Source: Octopus sinensis
Taxonomy: Eukaryota
Length of the DNA stretch: 64,000 nucleotides
Direction of reading: 5' to 3'
Assembly (NCBI RefSeq): GCF_006345805.1
Contig: NC_042998.1
Location: 110,732,001 to 110,796,000, forward strand
Position 1 is the stretch's first letter. Each line of letters starts with the position of its first letter. Below, in pieces: positions 40,659 to 53,750 of this stretch. Below the pieces are notes generated by a model, which worked only from the letters and a program-made list of their open reading frames with translations, was not told the origin of the DNA and did no database searches. The translations under genes were made by a program, and so were the position numbers.

Positions 40659-41116
40659 TAAAGAAAAAATAAGAAGGTTAGCAGCAGGCTGTTTCACCTC
40701 ATACCGAAGGAATTAGAAATGGCAGTCAAAGACCGTTTTTCCAATTTCTATAAGTGGAGAATCCAAAAACGAAGGCCCTTACGGCTCACATACACAAAAC
40801 CGGAGTGGCAAATATACGAAGTCAGTCACTTACCGTTAATAGCGAACATATGTTTCTGGATCGCAAACATAGAAATCAGTTTGAATTCCGTCATCGGCGC
40901 TATATTCGATAGCTTTACTAAATGCCACTAGCCCTCACTTCTGACCCAGCGACATCAGATAGTGGGGGGAAGAGTGCAGATGTTAAAACTAAGTGGCGAC
41001 TTGGGTTTTTGGATTCTCCACTTATAGAAATTGGAAAAACGGTCTTTGACTGCCATTTCTAATTCCTTCGGTATGAGGTGAAACAGCCTGCTGCTAACCT
41101 TCTTATTTTTTCTTTA
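40659..41116. mobile_element. MITE-like or PLE-derived element with 112-bp perfect terminal inverted repeats
   Basis: 40659-40770 is the reverse complement of 41005-41116, with a 234-bp non-coding spacer. Confidence 0.8.
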
Positions 41117-41235
41117 CTATATACTGAACCTTACAAAGGTCCTGACAATTAATTTGTCGTATTTACATACCGAAATTTTCCGGTAAATAATTGTTGGTTA
41201 CATGAAAAACCACAGGAAAATTATTTACCATTTTT

Positions 41236-41276
<41 letters not shown>

Positions 41277-41334
41277 GTGTGTGAGTGTGAGTGTTTTTAT
41301 GTATGTATGTATGTATGTATATATATATATATAT

Positions 41335-41691
41335 ATTATATAAAAGGGCTTAGTAAAATAAATTACTTTGCCGCATACTGAACTCGTTAGAAATAGCAGC
41401 TAAAAAAAAACTATTTCTAACACTTAAAGAAAACCTCTCTCATATAGTGCTTGCTCAATTCAACCCAAGAAAGTATGAGGGTAGAGACATTAAAAAATCA
41501 AAAAATCAAATGCAAATTGCATTTGATTTTTTAATGTCTCTACCCTCATACTTTCTTGGGTTGAATTGAGCAAGCACTATATGAGAGAGGTTTTCTTTAA
41601 GTGTTAGAAATAGTTTTTTTTTTTAGCTGCCATTTCTAACGAGTTCAGTATGCGGCAAAGTAATTTATTTTACTAAGCCCTTTTATATAAT
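41335..41691. repeat. ~357-bp near-perfect spacerless palindrome
   Basis: Centred on TGCAA-A-TTGCA (41511-41521). By eye the arms differ by 1 substitution, an A9/T11 run length and an 8-nt duplication. Confidence 0.95.
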
Positions 41692-41785
41692 GTAATAATT
41701 TGAATTTGCCTTAAATGGTCCCTTTGCATACTGAATACTTGGTGAAATTGATTAATTAATTAATTAATTTTACCCTCAATTGTTG

Positions 41786-41892
<107 letters not shown>

Positions 41893-42719
41893 CAGCTAAT
41901 GTTACGTAAAATGTTCACATACGCACGTACGCACATAGATATGTAGTGGGAATATATGTTCAGTATCAAGCATTGATATGGCTGCGTGTATATTATTGCA
42001 AGAATTCTCACAGAGGAGAAGAAGAAATTTATGAACTATATATTTACTGAATAAAAATATATTTTATTTATTGGTCAACGATGAACCATAATCAAAATGT
42101 AGAATCTAGTTGAATGATGTAAACTTTGCAAGAATGTTCAGAGATGGAAAATCTAAAAATAACACCTAAGTGATGGTTTTCAGTCATGTGGCGTACAGAA
42201 ATAGACAGATATAGCAACGGCGTGAATGGCTCTCAGTCTAATCGACTAAGTAGCAAAGAGCAAGGTTTACAATGTGTTTTCATTAATGGAACGCTAGACA
42301 TTGTAGAAACTTCCAAGAGAAACGTTAAGCTTCTTGAATAATTAAGAATTATTTCTCATGACACAGATACTTGGAGAAACTTAGTAAAGGGACGTTATTA
42401 TATGAACCTTCTTGCAAGAAAAAAAGCTCAGTAAAATGTGGTGGTTTTCAGTCATGTGTCATAGAGAAATAGACAGACATTCAACTATTTAACTACAGAC
42501 TACTACACATACATACACGTACACACACACACATGCACACATACATACATACATACATACATACATACATACATACATACATACATACATACATACATAC
42601 AGAGAGAGAAAGAGGGAAAGAGAGAGAGAGGGAGGGAGAGAGGGAGCGAGGAGATAGAGACATGCGTATATGTGCCTACGTGTACAAAATTCAATAATCT
42701 TCATAAAATATATATGCTG

Positions 42720-43640
42720 AAAATCTCCAATGTCATACGAAATTTAGCCCAGAAAAGAAAATCATGCTTTTCACATTGACTTGATAAAACTTGAAAACAA
42801 AAGAGTAGGAACTAGATTATTAATCGACTGCAGATTTGGGCATTTAACTTTTTGCACAGTTCACAAAAGCAAAATAAAATATTAATGACCATAACAAATG
42901 TTCTTCAAGCCGAAGGCAAACACAATCCTATAAGTTTGAAATCGGAAGAAAAGACAGGAAATTTATGATAAATTAATCAATCGCATAAAAACGTAGCTGC
43001 ATGGAACAATATTAACTCTAACGTGAAATGGGTCATTCGCATCAACAACGGAAGGTTATTCAAATTCATACAATTTGGTATTGTAATGTTCTGTTCCTTA
43101 CTTAATCTAACTTCTACTCCATACTAAACTTTTTTTTAAAATTGCTATCGCAACTCAATGCTAAAATCATTAAACCGGAAGTTATGACCATGTTCCATAA
43201 ACTAATTGCGATGTTTGATTTCATTTGACGTGAATGGGCGTATGAAGGACACCTATCCCACACAATTCGCTGAGTTGATGGATAGTAATGTTTCAACAAA
43301 AGTCTTTGGAATCATAGTCCTCTGTATATTAAATACACAAAATCGAAACTCCATAATATACAGTGTCATTTTCGTCTTCATAGCAGTCTTATAAAATCGA
43401 GAAATATTTATGGCGGTGAAGTAGAAAATATTTGAAAAAATTATAAATTCCTTAAACAAGATGACCTACTGATAATAATATAAAAAATATCAACAGAGTT
43501 CAATTGTTTGATGTGTTATTAAATCAACAGAGTAACAGCTAGCACTACATCAGAAGCCCCAAGCACTAATATATCTAATACTCGTAGACGCTGTACACGC
43601 GGAATCCCACAGTGTACACACATTTAATCTCAGCACTTAT
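42720..43640 (-). pseudogene. Decayed class A GPCR relic 3
   Basis: TM2-like ILVLGASDVVLAVTLLI, TM3-like FIIFSNIFYFTAINISRFY, TM4-like CVFNIQRTMIPKTF, TM6-like FVMVINILFCFCEL and helix-8-like AKFRMTLE, in order. Confidence 0.6.
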
Positions 43641-44439
43641 ACATACTTCTGTAGTAATAAGTTAACCTTATTTAAAAAAAACACTGGCAACAACACATTT
43701 CAGCCACATCACACTCATTTAAAGCACTAAACGAAACTTAGTATCACAAATAAAATTGGTCAACACTAAAGATCTCACGCATCAGCAACCCCATCTTTCA
43801 TCTCACATTCAACAGCATTAACCTTACCACTAACACTATATCTGGACAGAAGCTGACATCAGTATGTCCACATATATACGGTTATTGAAAATAGAATATG
43901 TTAGTCTGTCTCAAGGCATAGTCACTGTGAATACTTCCAAACTCTGTAATAAAGTGTGCGAATATGGATAATTACTCCACATGGACTATATGATATCTGA
44001 TGGAGGAGCTCTGCATTTGTATTTCTTCATGGATAGTGAATTCAATAGTGGCTATGTTGTTTAGTAGCACATTAAGTTTAACATACGATACACAAATACA
44101 GATGCATGCGCATAACAGAATACACATCATAGAAGAACGGAATGGAATAAGCAGAGCAAGAGCACACACAAAGACGGAAAGTGTCGCTGAGGAGGTCACA
44201 GATGTGTATTGAAATATTTCCAGACAATGGAGTTAGAATAAGAACAGTAATAAACAAGTGAAGAACAAATTTTAGCGCGTGTGTATATTTGGCGAAAGGA
44301 AATACCATCCAGAATTGCAATATCAACACACGATTTCACATCAGGAATCTTACAACACAAATTCATAAACGTTTGTGTGTGTGTGCGTGTGCGCGCGTGT
44401 TTGTGTTTGTATGTATCCATTACGTTTCGACACTCTCCA

Positions 44440-45245
44440 TTAACCTACGATATAGAAAGTTACTTGAAAGCCAACAGCGAGAGGATTGTGGAGTTTTTGA
44501 TGTTGACACAGAAGAATTGTGCTTCCTCCTGAGACTGACATGGGAATAGTTACTTAGAAGAACATGACCTCAGTTGTTTTTGCCCCACTAGATCGGTAAG
44601 AAGTAGACCCCTGCTATAACTTCTATGGCCAGGAAGATCCCTAGAGAGGGAAGGAACTGGTGGACCGGAGCTAACCCCAATCCCCGGAAAATGATGGTCG
44701 CATATGCGGTGAGTGCGACTACCAAGCTGACATTCAAGAACCATATATTTAAGTTAAATGACAAGATATACGCCCAAGAGAAAGGTGTAACCATCGGTGC
44801 AAGTATCGCTGGTCATGTGGCTAAACTATTTATGGTATGGTGGGATAGGAGAATCAAAGAGAAATTAGCAAAGAACTCCATAACCCAAACCATGTACTCC
44901 CGCTATGTGGATGATGTCAACATAGTATCCAAAATACCCCCACAAGACAATGTTCATGATATAGAAGCTAAGACTAATGAGAGCATTCGACAGAGTATTA
45001 AAATAAAGATAGCTTACCCTAATAAGCAACCCAAATATAGACTTTCAGTTTAAAACACGGACCTCTGGTTGGAAAACAAGAAAACAAAAGCCCAGATCCT
45101 TCACTCCATTATGCCAAATCCATGGCCTCTAATTACCTTGTTCACAAGAACACAGATATTGCAGACAATGATAAGTTAAACATTCTTAAAGCTAACTTGG
45201 TGAGAGAGATGAGGAATGTCTCTCGCATGTGAGACACTATGGAAT
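44440..45245 (+). mobile_element. Penelope-like element reverse transcriptase remnant (Neptune-like)
   Basis: ORF 44625-45053 contains FKNHIFKLNDKIYAQEKGVTIGASIAGHVAKLFMVWWD...RYVDDVNI. Downstream are 'Y.KSMASNYLVHK' and '[14 protein letters not shown]'. Confidence 0.85.
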
Positions 45246-45261
45246 TGGAAAGATACATACG

Positions 45262-45313
45262 ACACTTCATCCACTGCATGCAGTTCTATGTATATATATA
45301 TATACATATACAT

Positions 45314-45390
<77 letters not shown>

Positions 45391-45480
45391 TATACATATA
45401 TATATATACATATATATATATACATATATATGTATATATATATATACATATACATACACACACACACACATATATATATA

Positions 45481-45519
<39 letters not shown>

Positions 45520-45559
45520 TATATATATATACATAATATATATACATATATATATATAC

Positions 45560-45623
<64 letters not shown>

Positions 45624-45660
45624 ACGAAACAAGGACATAAAAACGGACGATGCCACACGA

Positions 45661-45706
<46 letters not shown>

Positions 45707-45720
45707 TATATATGAGAAAA
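45262..45720. repeat. Long (TA)n/(CA)n compound microsatellite
   Basis: Visible directly in the sequence. Confidence 0.95.
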
Positions 45721-45845
45721 ACGGTAAGATAACAAAAGAAAGAGACCTCGATATTATGTAAACAGAGGATATTATGTAATATGTGACAATTATTCGGTAG
45801 CCATAAATAAAATACGTGAGTATTTTATTTATATTCCATCGAAAG

Positions 45846-45906
45846 CTCTACTGAAGAAAGAATATATCTTTTATAAGATTAATTCCGAAATTGATTCAAT
45901 ATAGAG
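45846..45906 (+). ncRNA. Near-intact type I hammerhead ribozyme with full stem III
   Basis: CTCTA-CTGAAGA-[stem II 45858-45886]-GAA-ATTG(att)CAAT-A-TAGAG. Stem I has 5 bp and stem III has 4 bp. The first stem II pair is an A.C mismatch. Confidence 0.7.
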
Positions 45907-46038
45907 ATAACGAAATTAAAATTTTCTAAAGGTTAGTTGCCCGTTTTCAGTTTCAATTCTCCTGTAGCAAGCGGATTATAATTGGATAAATCAGTGTATT
46001 GGCTTTAGAATAGCCCTCTTTAGCCCTTAATTATATGA

Positions 46039-46093
<55 letters not shown>

Positions 46094-46097
<4 letters not shown>

Positions 46098-46426
46098 GGT
46101 AAAGATCCCCTTCGGTCATGAATGACCATGGGATTGCACCTAGAAAGTTACCTTCCTAGATACAAGTCCGGGCAAGGTTGTTTATGGAAGGCCAGCAGTC
46201 GCCCATGCATACCAGCCTCCCCTCTCCACGCCACCAGTGTTATCCAAGGGAAAGACAAAGGTCGATACAGCTTGGCACCAGTGACGTCGCAACTCATTTC
46301 TACAGCTGAGTGAACTGGAGCAACGTGAAATAAAGTGCCTTGCTCGAGAACACAACACGCAGCCCGGTCCGGGATTCGAGCTCACAACCTCACGATCGTA
46401 AGCTCGACGCTCTAACCACTGAGCCA
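46094..46426 (-). mobile_element. tRNA-derived SINE, family C (full length)
   Basis: The reverse strand reads TGGCTCAGTGGTTAGAGCG (A-box) ... GCTCGAATCCC (B-box), then GAGCAAGGCACTTTATTTCACGTTGCTCCAG, with a tail ending in CTTTACCCTTTA. Confidence 0.9.
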
Positions 46427-46465
46427 TAATATATATATATTTACATATACATATGCATAAACTTC

Positions 46466-46963
<498 letters not shown>

Positions 46964-47029
46964 ATATATACTTGACCATTTAAGAAGATTCCAGCAACAT
47001 CCTGCTACTGTCATACTACTCCCGCATTC

Positions 47030-47071
47030 CTTTCTTCTTCTTCTTCTTCTTCTACTACTACAACTACTACA

Positions 47072-47133
<62 letters not shown>

Positions 47134-47135
47134 GC
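47030..47135. repeat. (TTC)n(TAC)n microsatellite
   Basis: Visible directly in the sequence. Confidence 0.95.
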
Positions 47136-47461
47136 CGCCTCCTTTCTCCACTACTGCTGCTTAGACAATCAAGGATAAAAATTCATTACAAACTAGCTGC
47201 TACTAACTACCTAGAACTGACAAGAGTATAAAAGAGAGACAGAGACAGGCAGAACAAAGGAAAATGTCCCTTGCATTTGAAAACTATGGAAATATATTTT
47301 TTTAAAAGACATTTCATTAATTTTTCCGCAATATAATTGTTTTTTCATACTTTACTCTAAGCTGAAAAAGTCGCAATGACTGAAACCGGTACTAAAATGT
47401 TCTTCATGATAAAACTATTTTAGCATTTTCTTATTTTTGTCGTATTTTCTTATATATATAT

Positions 47462-47687
47462 ATTTCTTTACTACCCACAAGGGGCTAAACACAGAGGGGA
47501 CAAACAAGGAGAGACAAACGGATTAAGTCGATTACATCGACCCCAGTGCGTAACTGGTACTTAATTTATCGACCCTGAAAGGACGAAAGGCAAAGTCGAC
47601 CTCGGCGGAATTTGAACTCGGAACGTAACGACAGACGAAATACGGTTACGCAGGTCGCCCAGCTAACGTTTCTGCTAGCTCGCCGCC
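47462..47687 (-). mobile_element. tRNA-derived SINE, family B (full length)
   Basis: The reverse strand reads GGCGGCGAGCTAGCAGAAACGTTAGC...GAGTTCAAATTCCGCCGAGGTCGACTTTGCC...GTAGTAAAGAAATA. Confidence 0.9.
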
Positions 47688-49979
47688 CTATATATATATG
47701 TATGTATGTGTGTGTGTGTGTGTATGTGTGTTTGTGTTTGTGTGTGTATGTGTGTTTGTGTGTGTATGTGTGTGTGTGTCAAGATTGGAATATTCCAAAC
47801 ATACATAAGGTTATGTAATACGTTAAGAAACATTCAGTGCGTCAGACTTACGAAATAAGCAAGTCAGCAGTGTATAAAGGAGTATACAAAGAGTAAACCA
47901 CATCTATATATGCACATACCCTTATGCACGCACACACACACACGCCCATATACGCACATACCCGCACACGTCTATATACGCGCACACACACACGCACGCA
48001 CAAAAAGGATTATACATACGTCTAACACAAAAATAACCGGGCTAAGGGCAAAAATACAGGAAAATGTGTAAAAACACTGAGTAAAATACGTCTATATACA
48101 CACGTACTCACATGCACGCACATACGCACACATCTATATACACACATAGCCGCACACACGCACACATATCGTCAACAAGAGATATTTCTAATCAAACTTA
48201 CTAGAATTTGAGAACTGTAAATTGGGTGATAGTACAATGTGCCATGCATCAAAGCGGTTTTCAGAATGTGGCAATAAATTTAAGAACGGTTAAAAGATAT
48301 TTCTATTCTAAACATCTCATGGCACAGAACAACCTGACTAATAATTGCTGGTACTTGCCATACAGTTTTGTGTACGAGCAGGGAGCAGGTGCCAGGCATC
48401 ATGTTTGGCCCTATGAAAACATATTTCGAGACAAATGTCAACGTTGTTATAAAAAAAATACCTTAATATTTTAAGGAACAATATGGTTAATACATTTAAC
48501 CATTACTTATTTATGAGTGGGCTAAAAGTTCCTTTTTCAAAGCCTAGTGTACCCATAAAAGATGAAGCTGGCCAAAAAGACTGGTATTGGTGAAAGATGC
48601 TCGCTTACCTGCAGATAGCAGGCGCCAGGCGTGACATTTGATCCTATCAAAACATATTTTAAGACAGATGCCACACTTATTTACTGTGTCTTTGTTTAAT
48701 ACATAAATGAGTAATGTGGTTAAAAAATTCCAGCGTTACGTATTCATAAGTGCGATAAATGCTCTATAAAAAGGAAACATAATGTATTCATCAAGGTATT
48801 TCAGAAATCTTCTGGAATCTTAGTCCAAGAATGCAAGACTAGACTGGAAATCTATATATAGACGTACATCTGATTTAGCGGAGGTTTATACTTAAAGAGC
48901 TACATAGAGATTGTACCATAATTTCAAGGATTGTAGTGGGCCACATTAAGAAGGAAGGATATCGGATAACTTCAAAACATGATATTGGCTGGATTAGTAA
49001 GAAACTACTTGACACTAATTTTTCTTCTCATTCTGATGAGCTAAATTTTTATTGCGGTCCAATACTTCACCCCGTATATTGGTACATTTTCATTCAGTTA
49101 AATATTGATAGTTAATATCCACGTATATTTCTAAAAGAATTAAGTAAGGCACTGTGTTTTGCAATAAACACGGAGGAATATAGATATTATTCTAAGAGCT
49201 AGACGCTCAGTTATAGAGTTTGATGTGCAATTATGGACCAGGAATGACAGAGCTATTGATTTTGATAATACGATGGAATCTCTGCACGAGTCAAGGATGC
49301 CGTTGAAATACAAGGATGCCGTTGAAATACAAGGATGATTCCTTGTTTAGAATTCCTCACACAAGTAAAGTGCATAGCAAAAAATAACCTCCACAACGTA
49401 TAACATGTAATCAATATATCGCTTGGATGCTTTTGAGCCAACGAAGCCGTCTGAGAATACCCCTTCACAATAGACACAGTGCATGCATACATTCATATAT
49501 AAATATATATATACTTAAACATATCAAAGAGAAATGGAAAATTAATTAAAAGTTTCACTGCCAGTGGCCTAACGTGTAAATATTTAGTCCCAAAAGGTAT
49601 GAATTAGTCATATGAATTAGTATTATAAGTCTTTGGATAATTTTCGGTTTAAAAGTTGGCATTTTTTTATTGCCGGCGAAGGCCTGCGTTTGCGCAGTAG
49701 ATTTCGAAAAAATTAAGATATATAGTTTGATTGCCTCGTTGTTTATATATTTAACCCAAGGTGTACTTGTTGAAGACGATTTTACCTCGTGAGCAAATAT
49801 TATTTGCTTGCTAAACTAAAATCAGAAACCAATTGGTTCAGGAAACTTGATGGTAAAATGTTTTTATTTTTCATTTCGTTCCTGTCGAATTTTATCCCTA
49901 ATTGTTGTGGTTATAGTACCTAGCTGTTCTTTCTAGCGTGTTGAATCCCACCAGTGGATTCTGTGTGTGTTTAAATATA

Positions 49980-50098
<119 letters not shown>

Positions 50099-50479
50099 TG
50101 TGTATAATATTTCTGTGTGAGTTAGAGGTTGAGAAACCAACTAAGGGAGAGTACCTATCCAATATACTGCTGGTAACGTACCCAACTATTCATACCCAAG
50201 TGCTAGTTATTATGTGGCAATCTTGCAATTAAGTGTTGTATATGGGTGGAGGTAAAAGTGGTTTACCCTTGATTTATACGGCAAATAACAAAGTAGAGGG
50301 GAAACAAAATCGACAGACATCAGTTGGTAAACATTCCAGTATGTCTATTTATTCCAATGTATTGGATGAAAACATACACATGTATTAGTGGTACAGATTA
50401 TCAAATAGAAAGAGTTGGTAATTGCAAAACCAAAGGTGTGGAATCATATAATCATATAGGAACAGGTGATTAATTGAGG

Positions 50480-50720
50480 AAATGAGCAAATGATCAAATG
50501 AACAGATTGTCAGTAAAACCGAAAGGGTGTGTAGGTGCTAGGAACGACAAAAAGAGTCCTGCACACTCTATCAACATGCCAAAGACCAGTATGAAAGCAA
50601 CCTGGGTCAACTTGACATCCGCATTTTATCCATGCACCCGAAGGACCCAACACTCAAGCAAATACAGGAGTACGTCCTCACAAATGGAACATCCACAGTA
50701 CTGAAAAGAAAATACACGTA
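50480..50720 (+). mobile_element. Penelope-like GIY-YIG C-terminal remnant
   Basis: 'PKGCVGARNDKKS' followed by frameshifted 'LYQHAKDQYESNLGQLDIRILSMHPKDPTLKQIQEYVL', resembling a PLE endonuclease end. Confidence 0.5.
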
Positions 50721-51390
50721 GTAGGTAGCCACCCTCTATACGCAGTTTATATACATGTGTGTATGTGTGTGTGTAGGTAGGTAGAATAGTTAGTCGGCTG
50801 TTATGAAGACGTATGTATGTGTGTGCGCATGTGTGTGTATATATGTGTGTATAAATATAATATATATATTATATGTATATATATGTGTGTATATACGTAT
50901 ATATGTATGTGCTTGTGTATATGCATATATACGTAGGTAAATGGTTATGAATGCAAACGGATAGACTTACAGATAGAGAGGTACATAGATAATATGGACA
51001 GACAAGCACACATATGTACACACGTACACTTCACACAAGGACAGATATAGAGACACACATCCATATATAACAGACGCAGGTAGATGTAGACACACAAACA
51101 TAAAAAGATAGAAACACGAGCACACAAACACATGAATATGCATATATGCATACAAACACATACATACCACCATCCATCCATACATATGTGTATGCGCACG
51201 CTCATTGGCCCACACATGCGTACAACATTCAAAAAGAACACAGCTCGGAGAACGGACAGAGTCGACGACTATTGGAAAGGTTGCAAGACGCAACGAAAAT
51301 TTTTGAAAAGATAAAGAAATGAGTAGAAACTGAACCGGCGAGTGTGTTAAATAGTAAAGCGCAAAAAGAGAATGACTCTCCCCAGACACA

Positions 51391-51451
<61 letters not shown>

Positions 51452-52949
51452 ATATATATATACATAAACATGCACATACATAGACACATGAATACACACA
51501 TACACACATGTATATATATATATATATATATATGTATTATGTATACCGACGAAGTGAGAAATGCTTGTTATTGTTTACAATCAGAAATTTATCATTAAAA
51601 ATAAGAGATAAACGTTTGCTATCAGTATAAACATTTAAAAATTTCAAACATTTATATTGATGTGTATCTTAATGAGGATGCCATCTCATTGTTTTATTTA
51701 TAAAATATTTATTGTTGATTCCTTTTAAACTACACAAGAAAATAAACCGTACTTCTAACAGTTTAAATTACGAATATATACAAATTCATTTATTCAAGTA
51801 ACCCGTGTATAATTCAAGAATTATTTGAACTAATTTTGATTTTCTATTATCTCAATTTCTAAGAGTGAACGCAGATTAATATCATTACCTAATGAGCTTA
51901 ATACACGGTAGTAAAATCGATGGTTTGTCTAACATTTGAACAACGTTATTAATCTCTGGTGTTTTGTATTGAGTTCTTTGTTGCTTAAATTTTGATACAC
52001 AGACAAAGATGTATCGTTCTGTTATGTTTTTACCAACAAGTTAAAACGTCAATGATTTTAAGAGCAAAACGAGTGAGCCTAATCATGAAATATGATTCTT
52101 CTACTTAGTTGTTTCTCTACATGACTTTAGAACGAACCTCGTCCGTCTATGGTATTGTCATGGTTAGAATGATAAATAATGTTACTGATAATGTCCAAAC
52201 ATATATAAATTTATTTGCAATTCTTGGAGCTTTGAATCAATGTGTATCACCTTTATAAAATTCTGACACCATTGATCTGATATCATTCTATCTTGATGCC
52301 TCATGCACATTATTAAACAAACTGTAGGTAAACAACAGTCATACGGCCTTTAAATCGCATCCCACTCTATCGTTTTGAAAATGTTAAACATTATATAATG
52401 CAATCTTTGATACATCGCAATTGCAGAACAAGGATAATGAAAGTCTTTTTTCCATTTGCTTGCTCTAACAGACCTCACAGGCTAGAAAACAGCAACAACA
52501 GTATCAATATCAATTGCACTCAATATGTTACAACAAGGAAGATTTCAAGTTTAAGACTACTTAGCAACAATACTGTAATATTATGCATGATTTCTAACAA
52601 TGAATTGCATGTGAAAATAGAATTCCTCTAACTCATGCCATTCAATGATTTGCAAGATTATGTGCTTCTCCGCCACCAAATGGCTATTGAATAATAGGCT
52701 GGTCTCACCTCTGTCACTCTTTTTTTCTTTAGATCTCAACTTCTTTTCCGATATAGGTTCATCTATTGCAGTTTCTTGTAACTCAGATGTACCCAATATC
52801 CTGAACTGGTCCATTGCTTACTCCGAGAACAGTAAATTCAGACATGATATATACCGGATTTAAAATCGGATCGCAGACAGCTGGAACAAATTCAACACAC
52901 ATCTACAGAAGTAACTCTTTAAATTCATATTCAATGTTGTATCCAGGAG

Positions 52950-53750
52950 ATACTATGCATTTCGAGTCTTACAACATAAATCTTCAACCAGGCGACTCCA
53001 CCTAGGTTGATAAAACTTAGGATTCTTTCCAGGCACCATTTCACTCACCCCACCGACCACCACTTTCAGCAATAGCCATCTGGACGCTTCCTCAACAGTC
53101 TTTACGTTGTTACTAAAGAATTTCCTGAAGATTCCCGAAATGCTCTACGTTTTATAGGCCTTAATGAAAGTACGGTCTGCAAATCCTCATTAGCCAGCCC
53201 CACGTTGTTTTCCATCCATTCTCGTGGAAGTCCTCAACCAGCTCCTGATACTAGGATTTGAGCCACAGCCATCCTTTATTTCTATGGCGTAGTTACGTCG
53301 AAAAACCTTGCTAGCATTTTTGCCCAAAAAACCAAGATAACATAGGTCGCATTAAGATCTAGATGATGTTCGCTGTTTCTCGATAGGCTGGGGAAGACAT
53401 CGTAAGTACTTTGGATCAAGAAATTTATCCTCTTCGGGCCACACTTCCAAATCTTCTTTCAGGTAACATGACCTGCTCCCCATTAATATAGACTCCTTGT
53501 AGATTACTACTGCTCTGCTTGCCTATCCATCTTCCACTGATACTCACATCTTTAACACTATCTACCATATCTCTTTCCTACTAACTGTGTCATATTAAAT
53601 TGTTGTCTAGCTTTCAAACCCCTCCCTACCTTATTCCACACTCATAAAGAGGACTTAGTACTTCAGCCGCTTTACTACCTACCATATTTCGTTGGCTGCC
53701 TCCCGTTTAGTGACTGTCCGTATTCACGCCCTACACCAGACGTATCCGTG
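52950..53750 (-). mobile_element. Degraded LINE (RTE-like APE endonuclease region)
   Basis: MVDSVKDVSISGR resembles the RTE APE 'VDKV..V...SDR' motif, and the composition is more GC-balanced than the flanks. Confidence 0.4.

Noticed and set aside
41056-41090. Hammerhead in the 112-bp arm (…GAGGTGAAACAG)
   Set aside because: GAAAC and a weak stem are present, but there is no CUGANGA and no stem I.
48208-48474. 88-aa ORF in unique sequence
   Set aside because: No recognisable family or splice context.
49292-49338. 19-bp tandem duplication CAAGGATGCCGTTGAAATA
   Set aside because: An ordinary slippage duplication with no further structure.
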